Shown: positions 9,288 to 18,779 of the stretch, piece after piece
How the letters are laid out: every line of letters starts with the position of its first letter
Numbering within the stretch: position 1 is the first letter of the stretch
DNA from: Dehalococcoidales bacterium
Lineage (GTDB): Bacteria; Chloroflexota; Dehalococcoidia; Dehalococcoidales; BS750m-G39
NCBI GenBank assembly: GCA_022865485.1
Contig: JALHSZ010000025.1
Coordinates: 2,865 to 66,864, forward strand
Length of the DNA stretch: 64,000 nucleotides
Direction of reading: 5' to 3'
The notes under the pieces: model-generated
The model's database searches: none
Told to the model about the DNA's origin: nothing
What the model saw: only the letters and a program-made list of their open reading frames with translations
Position numbers and translations under genes: made by a program

Positions 9288-9806
9288 ATGAAGGTGAAAA
9301 GATTAGGAGCGTTGGCTTGCTTGGGAGTCCTGATACTTGGGGTTACCTTAATAATCGGATGTGCTGGCGGAGCGACGGAAACCCCGACAACAAGCCACTT
9401 TGAAGCAGGCGGAATCTCTTTTGATTATCCCAGCACCTGGGAGACCCTAACGTCCACTGACACCGCTCGTATCGCATACTTAAGCGAGGAGGAAACCGGC
9501 ATAGTCGTCCAAGTCATCAAGCAGGATATGCCAACCGGCTACACATTGAAAACTTACCATGACAGTTTTGTGATTATACTGATGGAAGGTCAACCCATAT
9601 CGGAGAACCCCCTTACTGTATCCGGGGTGGATGCCTATGAGACTGTCTTTAACGGGGCAGTTGATGATCAAGATTATCGGTGGAGGGTGGTGTCGCTTGA
9701 GAAAGATGGCACGGTATATGATATTGCTTTCGCGGTAGCGCCTGAATCCTTCGACGAAGTCAACAGTGATTTTGATACCGTAATCAATAGTTTCGAAGTC
9801 CAATAG
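9288..9806 (+). CDS. Lipoprotein, possibly PsbP/DcrB-like fold
   Basis: A signal peptide is followed by the lipobox LIIGC. AAAGGAGG lies 7 nt before ATG 9288. The fold assignment is tentative. Confidence 0.55.
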   Translation: MKVKRLGALACLGVLILGVTLIIGCAGGATETPTTSHFEAGGISFDYPSTWETLTSTDTARIAYLSEEETGIVVQVIKQDMPTGYTLKTYHDSFVIILMEGQPISENPLTVSGVDAYETVFNGAVDDQDYRWRVVSLEKDGTVYDIAFAVAPESFDEVNSDFDTVINSFEVQ

Positions 9807-9879
9807 AATAGTATGAGACTGAGAAATCTACGTAGCAGTGCGTCTCACTGACCACGCATTGTGACGGATTGTGCAACTT

Positions 9880-10638
9880 TCAGACGAGAACTTCATTATT
9901 ATGCCACTCAATTACGCTACTTGACCAGACACGCCTGGCCGCCTTTTCCAGTACCGCCTGACGCGGCTCGGGTATATCCAGCAGAGGCGGCAGGATTACA
10001 CCCTCAAGCCTGGCCAGAAAGGGACATTGCTTTTGTAGTAACAATATTGTAGTTTGCGCACCACCATAAACTACAAAGTCTAGCGTCGAGGCATGAGGTT
10101 TGAGACGTTCCTGGATGTGGCCGCAGACCCGAGTCAGAAAATATTCGATCTGCTTTTCCCGGTGTCTCCGAAATCGCTGCTGTGAACTACCACCTTTCTT
10201 GTGTCGCCCGTGGATAAGCCCGGTTCCAACCTTACTGGTGACCAGATTTTCACCCTCAGAGAGCCCGATGGCATATGCCCCCAAACGTATTAGAATCAAG
10301 GCAACCCTGAAATTGCGTTTGAGCAGAGAACACAACGGCTCAACGACATAACCCCGCGCGAAGTATTCCGCCCTTATCGGAAATGGTGGTACAACTAGAC
10401 GCGTTTGGGAAGGGCTCACAAAAATGACCGCCCCCGTTTTCGAAGCGGCAGCGAGTTCGGCTAATTCCGGTGGAATGGCTTGTGGGTCAAGCACCTTTTC
10501 CAGTAAATTTCCAACCTCTTGTAAAGACAAACCAGACGGTATGTATAGGGACTCAGCAGGACCACTGGTTGCCTCCAGTTCAGTAAGGAAGGTAAGCATC
10601 CTTAGCCTACTCAGGAAGAACCGTCTTGAAACTAGCAT
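9880..10638 (-). CDS. acVLRF1/Vms1-Ankzf1-family (eRF1-like) putative peptidyl-tRNA hydrolase
   Basis: It has the loop GRHKKGGSSQQRFRRHREKQ, which resembles the catalytic Gln loop of Vms1/ANKZF1. At about 240 aa the size fits the family. The start may instead be ATG 10599. Confidence 0.6.
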   Translation of the reverse strand: MLVSRRFFLSRLRMLTFLTELEATSGPAESLYIPSGLSLQEVGNLLEKVLDPQAIPPELAELAAASKTGAVIFVSPSQTRLVVPPFPIRAEYFARGYVVEPLCSLLKRNFRVALILIRLGAYAIGLSEGENLVTSKVGTGLIHGRHKKGGSSQQRFRRHREKQIEYFLTRVCGHIQERLKPHASTLDFVVYGGAQTTILLLQKQCPFLARLEGVILPPLLDIPEPRQAVLEKAARRVWSSSVIEWHNNEVLV

Positions 10639-10665
10639 CGTAAGAAATGCCTCTGCTCTAGAAAC

Positions 10666-13050
10666 CTATAGTCTGACAACGGTGGCTCCATCGCCACCTT
10701 CGCCCCTCACCCCGGGACGGAACGACTTAACCAGGGGGTGAGAGGCTAACAGCTCTCTGACGATTTCACGTACTGCCCCGGTGCCAATACCATGAATAAT
10801 ACGTACCTCGCTCAAATTAGCCAGAGAGGCGGCATTCAGGTATCTGTCAAGCGCCCACTCCACCTCATCGGCCCGTTTCCCCCTCAGGTCAAGTTCCATC
10901 GAAACCGGCCGTGACATCACCAGCCTTTTAACCGGGGTGAATTCCGGGGGTGCTGTGCCCGGGGTCACTTTTACCTTTTCCACGCTATTTAGACCGAGCC
11001 TGAGCTTTGCCTGTCCGGCCTGGACTTCAACCTGTTGTGTCTCTTCTGATACCGAAAGCACTGTCGTCACTAGGTTTGCTTCTCTCAGCCGGACCATGTC
11101 GCCTACAGTGATTCTGCCCTCGTCTTCTGTCTCATCACCGATTTCTCGTGTCTTTGGCTGCCATACCTCGTTTTTCAACTGTTCCCGCACTGCGGCGAAC
11201 GCTTGCTTAGCTTGCTCGATTCTCTCCTTCGTTCTTTCTTTACGTAAGGCTGACGCAGCCTGGCGGATTTCCTGATGCAGCTCGGCAGCCTCACGGACAA
11301 CTCTGTCCCGGGTCTCTTGAATAGTCTTTCTTTCTTCCTCCGCCAGCCGTCGCTGTTCGTTTTCTAATTCAATGTTCCGTCGTGCCACCTCGTCCGTCTT
11401 TCTTTTCAGATCATCACGGAGGGCTTCAATTCCATGCTTTTCCTCAAGCAAATTGGTTAGTAGAGTCTCCATCTCCTCGCTACCTCTCGTTAGCATCTCT
11501 TTTGCCCGAGAGACAATATCGGGGGACAAGCCCAGGCGGGCAGCGGTAGCCAGGGCGTTACTACCGCCAGGTATACCTATTGTCAGGTGGTAAGTAGGCG
11601 TCAGCGTAACCGGGTCAAAGTCAAGCGAGGCATTTTGTAGCCCGGGCGTCGTATGCGCGAAAGCCTTAAGGTCACTAAAGTGTGTGGTGGCTACGGCTAT
11701 TGTTCCACGAGATAAGAAGTAGAGCAAAATAGAGCGAGCCAAGGCCGAGCCTTCCGCCGGGTCAGTGCTCGTACCCAGCTCATCGAGAAGTACAAGACTC
11801 CTTTCTGTAGCGCTGTTAATGATTCGTACGATATTGCCGATATGCCAGCTAAACGTGGAGAGTGTTTTTTCAATGCTCTGCTCATCACCAATGTCGGCAA
11901 ATACGCCATCAAAAACGGGAATACGACTTTCCGCTGAAGCCGGAATGGGTAAGCCAGCTTGTGCCATTAAACTGAGCAGGCCAATTGTTTTCAGAGCTAC
12001 CGTCTTACCGCCGGTATTGGGCCCCGTAATTACGAGGATAGAGAAGTCTCGCCCTATCTCCACAGAAAGAGGCACCGCTTTTTCTGCCAGTAACGGGTGT
12101 CTGGCTTCGACAAGTCTTAGTACAGGAGCCGGCTTGCCCTCAAGAGTGCTCCCGTCTTTGTTGTATGCAGTAAGTATAGGTTCGGTAGCCCTGGCTTTCC
12201 TGGCATACTTTGCCTTAGCCACTGCCAGGTCTAACTCAGCTGTCAAAGCTACACCCTGAGATATTTCAATTTCGTAGGTTCCCACTGCGGCGCTTAAGCT
12301 TGCCAGAATCCTTTCGATCTCATGGCTTTCTTCTACCACCAACTCCCGGAGCGTGTTACCCAGTTCTACGGTCACCCACGGCTCGATGAATACCGTAGCT
12401 CCGCTGTTAGAAACATCGTGAACGATGCCCTTTATTTCTTTGCGATGTTCAATCCTGACGGGAATAACATACCTGCCTTCCCGCTCGGTAATAATAGGTT
12501 CCTGGACTACCGTACGTCCTCTAGGTGACTCCATAGTGACCTTCAGACGGTCTAATAACTGCTGACGCACCTGTCTCAGTTGCCGTCTAACTGCAGCCAG
12601 CCGGGGAGAGGCGCTATCCAGCACTTCGCCGTTTGGCGCCAGGCAGCTGGCGACGTCTTTCTCCAGCTGACGAAGCTCAACTATACCGCTGGCATTATTC
12701 CAGAGTAACGGGAATTCCTCTGATATTTTTTCGAGACTGCCCCGCAGCTGGCGCATGGCAGCCAGGGTCTGCTGAATTTCTAGAAGGCCTTGCGGTTCAA
12801 GAACCTTACCCTGCGCGGCCATCTTTACCGCTTCTCGAATGTCAAAAGCCCCTCCAATAGAGAAGGCGGGCTCCAGCGAGAGGAGGTGGCGTGCCTCGGT
12901 CGACTGCCTCAGCAGCAGAAAAATCTGTTCGTAATCGGAAAGCGGTTGCAGATTAAGGGCTAATTCGCGGCTGGCGGAAAATGAGGTAAACCCGGCCACT
13001 ATTTCACTTATCTGCCTAAAATCAAGCATTTCTAGGCTTTTACTATCCAA
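10666..13050 (-). CDS. mutS2: MutS2 (Smr-domain endonuclease / RqcU-type ATPase)
   Basis: Has the Walker A motif GPNTGGKT, DELGTSTDP, a long coiled coil and a C-terminal Smr domain (LDLRGKRADE...IIHGIGTG). I moved the start to TTG 13050, which follows GGAGGT. That gives the N-terminus MDSKSLEMLDFRQI, typical of MutS2. Confidence 0.9.
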   Translation of the reverse strand: MDSKSLEMLDFRQISEIVAGFTSFSASRELALNLQPLSDYEQIFLLLRQSTEARHLLSLEPAFSIGGAFDIREAVKMAAQGKVLEPQGLLEIQQTLAAMRQLRGSLEKISEEFPLLWNNASGIVELRQLEKDVASCLAPNGEVLDSASPRLAAVRRQLRQVRQQLLDRLKVTMESPRGRTVVQEPIITEREGRYVIPVRIEHRKEIKGIVHDVSNSGATVFIEPWVTVELGNTLRELVVEESHEIERILASLSAAVGTYEIEISQGVALTAELDLAVAKAKYARKARATEPILTAYNKDGSTLEGKPAPVLRLVEARHPLLAEKAVPLSVEIGRDFSILVITGPNTGGKTVALKTIGLLSLMAQAGLPIPASAESRIPVFDGVFADIGDEQSIEKTLSTFSWHIGNIVRIINSATERSLVLLDELGTSTDPAEGSALARSILLYFLSRGTIAVATTHFSDLKAFAHTTPGLQNASLDFDPVTLTPTYHLTIGIPGGSNALATAARLGLSPDIVSRAKEMLTRGSEEMETLLTNLLEEKHGIEALRDDLKRKTDEVARRNIELENEQRRLAEEERKTIQETRDRVVREAAELHQEIRQAASALRKERTKERIEQAKQAFAAVREQLKNEVWQPKTREIGDETEDEGRITVGDMVRLREANLVTTVLSVSEETQQVEVQAGQAKLRLGLNSVEKVKVTPGTAPPEFTPVKRLVMSRPVSMELDLRGKRADEVEWALDRYLNAASLANLSEVRIIHGIGTGAVREIVRELLASHPLVKSFRPGVRGEGGDGATVVRL

Positions 13051-13078
13051 GGCACCTCCCTCTCTTACGGCAAATACA

Positions 13079-13330
13079 TTATAACATGGCACAATGGATT
13101 ATGAATTCTCGTACTGTCGAGATATCAAAATCGGCCAGCACCGATCTTCTGCCTGTGTCAGAGAGAAACTTGGCAAAGCCGGCAATCTTCTCTGTGTACC
13201 AGATTATGGTCTTTGGTGATTTGCGTTCAGCTCTATTAGTTTGCTCGAAATGCAGGATTAACTTGTCCAGTTCCAGTTCCACCATGTTAAGGTTACCCCA
13301 GTGCAGATTTCTCCTTTTACTTTGAAACAT
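13079..13330 (-). pseudogene. Truncated tyrosine recombinase; only the N-terminal SAM-like domain remains
   Basis: LDKLILHFEQTNRAERKSPKTIIWYTEKIAGFAKFLSD...VREFI matches an integrase N-terminal domain. The frame stops about 70 aa in, and no catalytic domain follows. It lies just downstream of the tRNA-Lys 3' end. Confidence 0.55.
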
Positions 13331-13425
13331 ATACTTGCCTGCCTTTCTTGTAAATTGTCCAGCAGACAAGCAAGAGCAGTGATACAAAGGAAAATTTTTA
13401 GGCGAATCAGGGTGTCACGTTTTGC

Positions 13426-13460
13426 CAAAAAGAAAAACCGCCCTGTTTTTCGGGTGGTTT
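13426..13460 (-). terminator. Rho-independent terminator after tRNA-Lys
   Basis: On the minus strand: ACCACCCgaaaaacaGGGCGGT followed by TTTTTCTTTTT. Confidence 0.6.
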
Positions 13461-13485
13461 TGTCAGATACGATTTAGCTATAAAT

Positions 13486-13561
13486 TGGTAGGCCGTGCAG
13501 GTCTCGAACCTGCGACCACCTGATTAAAAGTCAGGTGCTCTACCAACTGAGCTAACGGCCC
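13486..13561 (-). tRNA. tRNA-Lys (anticodon TTT), CCA encoded
   Basis: The reverse complement reads GGGCCGTTAGCTCAGTTGGTAGAGC...CCTGACTTTTAATCAGG...GGTTCGAGACC...GGCCTACCA. Confidence 0.9.
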
Positions 13562-13575
13562 ACCACAACAAAGCC

Positions 13576-13604
13576 AGTTTAGCAAATCCCACCCACCCGT
13601 GCAA
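13576..13604 (-). promoter_or_regulatory. Sigma70-like promoter for tRNA-Lys
   Basis: On the minus strand: TTGCAC, a 17-nt spacer, then TAAACT. It ends about 15 nt before the tRNA 5' end. Confidence 0.4.
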
Positions 13605-13671
13605 CTCGAATAAAACTAGACTCATACACCATATCCACCTTATAATTATAGAAACCAAGTCAGGAGTAATT

Positions 13672-14232
13672 ATGGAAAACCCGGCCCGAGAAGTGCTGGT
13701 CGGTCAAGCCAGACTGACCGTTATCCAGGGTAATATCACCGAGCAAGGTACTGATGCCATCGTCAATGCCGCCAACTCGGGGCTGATGGGCGGCGGTGGC
13801 GTTGACGGCGCTATCCATCGGGCAGGGGGCCCAGCTATCCTGAAAGAATGCAAGCAAATCGTGGCTCAGCAGGGGCGTTTGCCCACCGGCCAAGCGGTCA
13901 TCACCACGAGCGGAAAGCTGTCGGCAAAGCATGTCATCCACACCGTCGGTCCTGTCTGGCATGGCGGCGATAAGGGTGAAGCGGCTCTCCTGGAGAGCGC
14001 CTATCGCGAGAGCCTTAAACTGGCGGCAGCTCACAAGCTAACCAGCGTCTCCTTTCCCTCAATCAGCACCGGTGCCTACGGCTACCCGCTGGCTGAAGCC
14101 GCCAGCATAGCGCTCAAGACGGCGGCCTCTTTTCTCAGCGAACAAGCCACTTCGCTCAAAGAAGTAGTCTTCGTTCTCTTTGACGCCAGGACCTACCAGA
14201 CTTATGCCGCTGCCCTGGAGGCGGTGGCATGA
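13672..14232 (+). CDS. ymdB: Macro-domain protein (O-acetyl-ADP-ribose deacetylase, YmdB-like)
   Basis: Contains [24 protein letters not shown] and [13 protein letters not shown]. Confidence 0.85.
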   Translation: MENPAREVLVGQARLTVIQGNITEQGTDAIVNAANSGLMGGGGVDGAIHRAGGPAILKECKQIVAQQGRLPTGQAVITTSGKLSAKHVIHTVGPVWHGGDKGEAALLESAYRESLKLAAAHKLTSVSFPSISTGAYGYPLAEAASIALKTAASFLSEQATSLKEVVFVLFDARTYQTYAAALEAVA

Positions 14233-14684
14233 AGATAGGAGTGCTCTCGGATACCCACGCCGATTCATTCGCTCAGCTCCCCGATAAGATACTAGCCACC
14301 CTGACTGAGGTCGACCTGATAATCCACGCTGGTGATTTCGTGGCTAAAGATGTGCTCGAAGGCTTGAAACAACTGGGGGAAATAAAGGCGGTGCGGGGCA
14401 ATATGGACTCAGACGAGATCAAGCGAATTCTCCCCGAAAAGGAACTGCTGGAGATAGAGGGAAAGAAAATCGGCATAATTCACGGCTGGGGCAGCCCTCA
14501 CGGCATCGACGAGAGGGTAGGGAATGTGTTTAGTGGAGTTGACATAATTATTTACGGTCATTCCCACTACCCACAGAATGAGACCAAGAACGGCGTCTTT
14601 TTCTTCAATCCGGGGCAGGCAAGAAACTCCTTCGGAATATTGACCATCGGCGCCGAGGTCAGCGGGAAAATAATAAACCTTTAG
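14229..14684 (+). CDS. YfcE/MJ0936-family metallophosphoesterase
   Basis: Contains [18 protein letters not shown] and GHSH. Confidence 0.8.
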   Translation: MKIGVLSDTHADSFAQLPDKILATLTEVDLIIHAGDFVAKDVLEGLKQLGEIKAVRGNMDSDEIKRILPEKELLEIEGKKIGIIHGWGSPHGIDERVGNVFSGVDIIIYGHSHYPQNETKNGVFFFNPGQARNSFGILTIGAEVSGKIINL

Positions 14685-14700
14685 ATATGGGGGTAAGATA

Positions 14701-15279
14701 ATGGCATATCGGGGTCAGAGTTCCAGTCCCATTGCGACATGGCTTTTAATAGCGGTAAACCTCCTGCTATTTCTCGCCACTGTTATAAACCAGAATCTAA
14801 TCCTGAATCTGGGGTTGCAGCAGGCCAGCTTTCTAGATAGGCCCTGGACTTTGTTGACCTGCATGTTTATTCACCAAAACATCTGGCATATCTTCGCTAA
14901 CATGATAACCCTCTACTTCTTTGGCAGCTACCTGAACCGATTGCTGGGAACGACAAAACTCCTCATCGTTTACTTTGCCGGCGGTATACTGGGGGGTATT
15001 CTTTATCTCCTCTTGCCACCGTCGCCATACTCCATAGCCATAGGCGCCTCGGGGGCTATCTTCGCCCTGGGCGGAGTCCTGGCGGTAATGAGACCCAAAC
15101 TGCGTGTCATTGTTTTCCCCATCCCCGTCCCCCTCCCCCTCTGGATAGCCATCATTGGCATCTTTGTCGTCTTCTCCTTCATCCCCCATGTCGCCTGGCA
15201 GGCTCACCTCGGCGGACTGGTGCTCGGGCTGGTGGCAGGCTACTTCTTCCGGAGGCGGGAACGCCGTCTCTACTATTGA
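14701..15279 (+). CDS. Rhomboid-family intramembrane serine protease
   Basis: A multi-TM protein with HQNIWHIFANM, GASGAIF and HLGG. Confidence 0.8.
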   Translation: MAYRGQSSSPIATWLLIAVNLLLFLATVINQNLILNLGLQQASFLDRPWTLLTCMFIHQNIWHIFANMITLYFFGSYLNRLLGTTKLLIVYFAGGILGGILYLLLPPSPYSIAIGASGAIFALGGVLAVMRPKLRVIVFPIPVPLPLWIAIIGIFVVFSFIPHVAWQAHLGGLVLGLVAGYFFRRRERRLYY

Positions 15280-15347
15280 CGGAAAGCCAGGCGATAGGCT
15301 ATTCTATAGCTGATACCTAGATGTACTAGGCATCAGGATTAGCCATA

Positions 15348-15965
15348 GTGGAAATGTCCTATTTCACCCTGTTAGTCCTCTGCGCTTTCGGGCTTGGCGC
15401 CTGCCCCTTCTCGGTCTGGATCGGGCGCTGTCTGCTGGGCAAAGACATCAGGGGCTACGGAGACGGTAATCCCGGGGCCGCCAATGTCTTCCGGGCAGGG
15501 GGGCGCAAGTCGGGTTTCCTGGCTGTGTTTCTGGATACAGCCAAGGGTGTACCCTTTGTCTTCCTGGCGCACTCATTCTTTAAGCTCCCCGAAGCCGCTG
15601 TGCTGGGGGTAGCCATGAGCGCCATACTGGGGCACGCCTTCTCTCCCATACTCCAGCTCAAAGGGGGCAAGGCGGTAGCCGTTAGCTTCGGCACCATATT
15701 AGCCCTGCCCCAACACGATATACTATTCGCCCTGGCTGGCTCTATGTTCCTGGGCTTTCTCTTTATCGCCATTGACGCCTGGGTAGTAGTCTTCGGCGCC
15801 ACTGGAGCGGCGACTTACGTGCTGGTCACCAGGGGAAGCTCGTGGGATACATTCTTTATGCTGGGAGTGCTGGCGCTGCTGGTGCTAAAATTCCTGGACG
15901 AACTAAAGACCGTTCCCCGAATCAAGCTAAAACCCATCGCCTGGCTGCAATCAAGAGGACAGTAA
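15348..15965 (+). CDS. plsY: Glycerol-3-phosphate acyltransferase PlsY
   Basis: Contains GDGNPGAANVFRAGG, is a polytopic membrane protein, and is about 200 aa. Confidence 0.8.
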   Translation: MEMSYFTLLVLCAFGLGACPFSVWIGRCLLGKDIRGYGDGNPGAANVFRAGGRKSGFLAVFLDTAKGVPFVFLAHSFFKLPEAAVLGVAMSAILGHAFSPILQLKGGKAVAVSFGTILALPQHDILFALAGSMFLGFLFIAIDAWVVVFGATGAATYVLVTRGSSWDTFFMLGVLALLVLKFLDELKTVPRIKLKPIAWLQSRGQ

Positions 15966-16005
15966 ATCTAGCTCGGCAACTTTCGGGACCTTTTATACTG
16001 ACCGT

Positions 16006-16737
16006 TCACAGGTTCAAGACCTTGCTCAAGAATAGCTTGGTGCGCTCGTGGCTGGAGGTTAACAACTTGTCCGGAGTGGCTTCCTCAACAATCTGACCCT
16101 CGTCCATCAGAATCATACGGTCGCCAGCAGCGCGAGCAAATCCCATCTCATGTGAAACTACAACCATAGTCATTCCCTCTTTAGCCAGGGCCAACATCAC
16201 GTCTAAAACCTCTTTAATCATCTCCGGGTCAAGGGCGCTGGTCGGCTCATCGAACAGCATGATTTTGGGATTCATTGCCAGGGCTCGCGCAATAGCCACA
16301 CGTTGCTGCTGTCCCCCGGAAAGTTGAACTGGGTAAGCTTGGGCTTTATCCGGAATGCCTACTTTAGCCAACAGGTCCGTAGCTATTTTCTCGGCTTCCT
16401 CTCGGGTGCGTCGACGCACAATGCGCTGCGCCAGTGCCAGGTTGTCGATTACCCTGAGGTGAGAAAACAGATTAAACGACTGAAACACCATCCCAACTTC
16501 CTGACGAACGACATTGATATTCTTGGTATCATCCAGCGGGGTACCGTCTACCACGATTCTGCCTTCGTTATATTCCTCAAGATGATTTATACAGCGTAAC
16601 AAGGTGGATTTACCCGACCCGGAAGGACCGATAATCACGACGACTTCGCCCTTATACACATCCAGGCTTATTCCTCGCAGGGCATGAACTCTGCCGAAGT
16701 GCTTATGAACATTCTCTATATGAATTATTGGTTCCAT
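16006..16737 (-). CDS. Amino-acid ABC transporter ATP-binding protein
   Basis: Contains [24 protein letters not shown] and [11 protein letters not shown]. Confidence 0.9.
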   Translation of the reverse strand: MEPIIHIENVHKHFGRVHALRGISLDVYKGEVVVIIGPSGSGKSTLLRCINHLEEYNEGRIVVDGTPLDDTKNINVVRQEVGMVFQSFNLFSHLRVIDNLALAQRIVRRRTREEAEKIATDLLAKVGIPDKAQAYPVQLSGGQQQRVAIARALAMNPKIMLFDEPTSALDPEMIKEVLDVMLALAKEGMTMVVVSHEMGFARAAGDRMILMDEGQIVEEATPDKLLTSSHERTKLFLSKVLNL

Positions 16738-16742
16738 CGTCT

Positions 16743-17570
16743 CTATTCTTCAAAACGGTTCTTTTTCTCAAGCCAGGATACGCCACGAGCCGAAAGCAGG
16801 GTCATTACCAGATAGATCAGGGCGACCATTGTCCAAACCTCTATGGGGTTGAAGTGTGTGGCCATGAACTCGCGTCCTCGCCGCGTCAGGTCAGCCACGG
16901 CCACCACGCTGACCAAGGACGAGTCTTTGAGCAGGGCAATAAACTCGTTGCCCACCGGGGGCAGAATCACGCGGATCGATTGGGGCAAAATTATATAGCG
17001 CATCGCCTGAAAATGAGACATGCCCAGGCTGCGTGCAGCTTCCATCTGGCCTTTGGGGATGCTCTGAATACCAGCCCGGCAGATCTCGCTCATATAAGCT
17101 CCGTAGCAGACGGTCAGGCCGATAATGGCGGTAACGATTGGATTAGCCTGATATTCAATCATAAAAGAGAAGTCGAGCCATTTCCCGACCGCATGAATCA
17201 TTACCGGGAAGGCAAAATACCACCAGATTAGCTGGACGAGGAGGGGAACTCCCCGGACCATTTCAACGTAGAGTGAGGCAAAGCCGCGAAGGACCCGGTT
17301 CCGTGATAGCCGTCCCAATCCCCCCAGCAAGCCCAATACCATGATAAAGATAAACGAAATCACCGTGATGGAGACGGTTACGATAATACCGCCGCGTACA
17401 AAGACCAGGATGTTCCAAAACGGGTCGGGCCATACCGTAACCAGAACCACCGCCGCCACCACCACCAAAGCCACCAGTCCCCACCACGGATCAATGCGCG
17501 TGATTGTATCACCGCCAGGAATATAAAATAGCTTGCCCCCGCCGGGTCTAGTTTTTGGTTTTTCTGCCAT
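16743..17570 (-). CDS. Amino-acid ABC transporter permease (HisM/GlnP type)
   Basis: Has the EAA-like loop [21 protein letters not shown] and is polytopic. Confidence 0.85.
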   Translation of the reverse strand: MAEKPKTRPGGGKLFYIPGGDTITRIDPWWGLVALVVVAAVVLVTVWPDPFWNILVFVRGGIIVTVSITVISFIFIMVLGLLGGLGRLSRNRVLRGFASLYVEMVRGVPLLVQLIWWYFAFPVMIHAVGKWLDFSFMIEYQANPIVTAIIGLTVCYGAYMSEICRAGIQSIPKGQMEAARSLGMSHFQAMRYIILPQSIRVILPPVGNEFIALLKDSSLVSVVAVADLTRRGREFMATHFNPIEVWTMVALIYLVMTLLSARGVSWLEKKNRFEE

Positions 17571-17633
17571 TAGACCCCTTGAGATTACTTATATACCCCA
17601 CCCCCACGACCTCACTGATATGCCTTTAGTTAG

Positions 17634-18377
17634 TTACTGGCTCCCAAGCCACTTATCAACCAGTTCTTCAATCAGTCCTTCGGCTTTAACGGCAGCCAGA
17701 CCCGAGTTGATTTTGGCCAGTAGCTCTGGATTGTCCTTGCATACGGCGATCCCGTAAAATTCGCTGGTGAAGGCCTCGCCAGCAGTCTTAAGCTTATCTG
17801 AGTTCTTACCCACATATTCCAGGGCTAATGGATTATCGGCGATAACGGCGTCAATCTGTCCGTTCATCAAATCCTGGTAAGCCAGTCCAATTTCATCGTA
17901 GGACTTGAGAGTGGCGCCAGCTATCTTCTCCACCTCCATAGCGCCAGTGGTTCCAAGCTGTGCCCCGACGACCTTGCCCCCCAGGTCATCTTTGTCAGCG
18001 ATGTCAGTATTGTCTATACGTACGGTGACAATCTGCCCCGCCGCAAAATAGGGGTCGGAGAAGAGCATTGCTTCCGCGCGCTCAAATGTGATGGTAATGG
18101 ACGAAATGGCAGCGTCATACTGGCACTGAGCTACCCCGGCTAAGAGTGGGTCCCAGGCTACGTTGACAAACTCAATGTCAAGGTCTTCCTTTTCGGCAAT
18201 GGCTGTCATCAGGTCAATGTCAAACCCTACAATCTCCATAGTTTCTTCATCGACATACTCGAACGGTGGCCAGGTAGCATCGGTGGCGATACGGATCTTG
18301 GCTTCACCCTGACTACAGCCGGGCACCATAGCCAGTAGCATCAGCCCAATTAAAACACACCAAAAAAGACGCTTCAT
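17634..18377 (-). CDS. Amino-acid ABC transporter substrate-binding lipoprotein
   Basis: Has a signal peptide with lipobox VPGC and the family-3 SBP pattern PPFEY...GFDIDL. Confidence 0.85.
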   Translation of the reverse strand: MKRLFWCVLIGLMLLAMVPGCSQGEAKIRIATDATWPPFEYVDEETMEIVGFDIDLMTAIAEKEDLDIEFVNVAWDPLLAGVAQCQYDAAISSITITFERAEAMLFSDPYFAAGQIVTVRIDNTDIADKDDLGGKVVGAQLGTTGAMEVEKIAGATLKSYDEIGLAYQDLMNGQIDAVIADNPLALEYVGKNSDKLKTAGEAFTSEFYGIAVCKDNPELLAKINSGLAAVKAEGLIEELVDKWLGSQ

Positions 18378-18513
18378 ATTTTCCCCCTCCTTATTTTTGG
18401 TGAAAGTCTAACACATTAGGCTGGATGCTGTCTATATCTTAAGAGATATAGATGGGCGCTGATTTACCTCTTTGCCTTTCAGACAATCGACATCGGTGCC
18501 GCCGCTCTTTTAA

Positions 18514-18540
18514 GCAAAAATCCCGGGGGCCACCCGGGAC
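18514..18540 (-). terminator. Rho-independent terminator after tRNA-Arg
   Basis: On the minus strand: TCCCGGGtggccCCCGGGA followed by TTTTT. Confidence 0.6.
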
Positions 18541-18575
18541 TCGGAGGGCAAGATAGCCTCGATTTATAGCTAGAC

Positions 18576-18652
18576 TGGCGTCCCTGGCGGGACTCGAACC
18601 CACGACCCGCTGCTTAGAAGGCAGCCGCTCTGTCCAACTGAGCTACAGGGAC
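18576..18652 (-). tRNA. tRNA-Arg (anticodon TCT), CCA encoded
   Basis: The reverse complement reads GTCCCTGTAGCTCAGTTGGACAGAGC...GCTGCCTTCTAAGCAGC...GGTTCGAGTCC...AGGGACGCCA. Confidence 0.9.
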
Positions 18653-18669
18653 AAGCTCTTTACTCCTAA

Positions 18670-18698
18670 AATGTAGCAGAGGCAACGGCAAAGGTCAA
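18670..18698 (-). promoter_or_regulatory. Sigma70-like promoter for tRNA-Arg
   Basis: On the minus strand: TTGACC, a 17-nt spacer, then TACATT. Confidence 0.4.
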
Positions 18699-18710
18699 GG
18701 CGGTTTTTGC

Positions 18711-18740
18711 TTGACAATCATCCCACCACATTGCTAGTAT
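18711..18740 (+). promoter_or_regulatory. Sigma70-like promoter for dxs
   Basis: TTGACA, an 18-nt spacer, then TAGTAT. It sits back to back with the tRNA-Arg promoter. Confidence 0.45.
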
Positions 18741-18779
18741 GAAGTCAACTCCCCAATCTGGCGATCCAGGGTAGTAACG

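Noticed and set aside
18432-18451. A perfect 8-4-8 hairpin/palindrome, CTATATCT-taag-AGATATAG, upstream of the ABC-transporter binding-protein gene.
   Set aside because: It could be an operator, but it is a single AT-rich palindrome with no second copy or partner regulator in the window. The evidence is insufficient.
18739-18772. The ATG at 18739 (MKSTPQSGDPG, then stop) as a frameshifted true start of dxs.
   Set aside because: This ATG overlaps the predicted -10 hexamer (TAGTAT), so it would lie upstream of the transcript start. The short peptide does not resemble a Dxs N-terminus.
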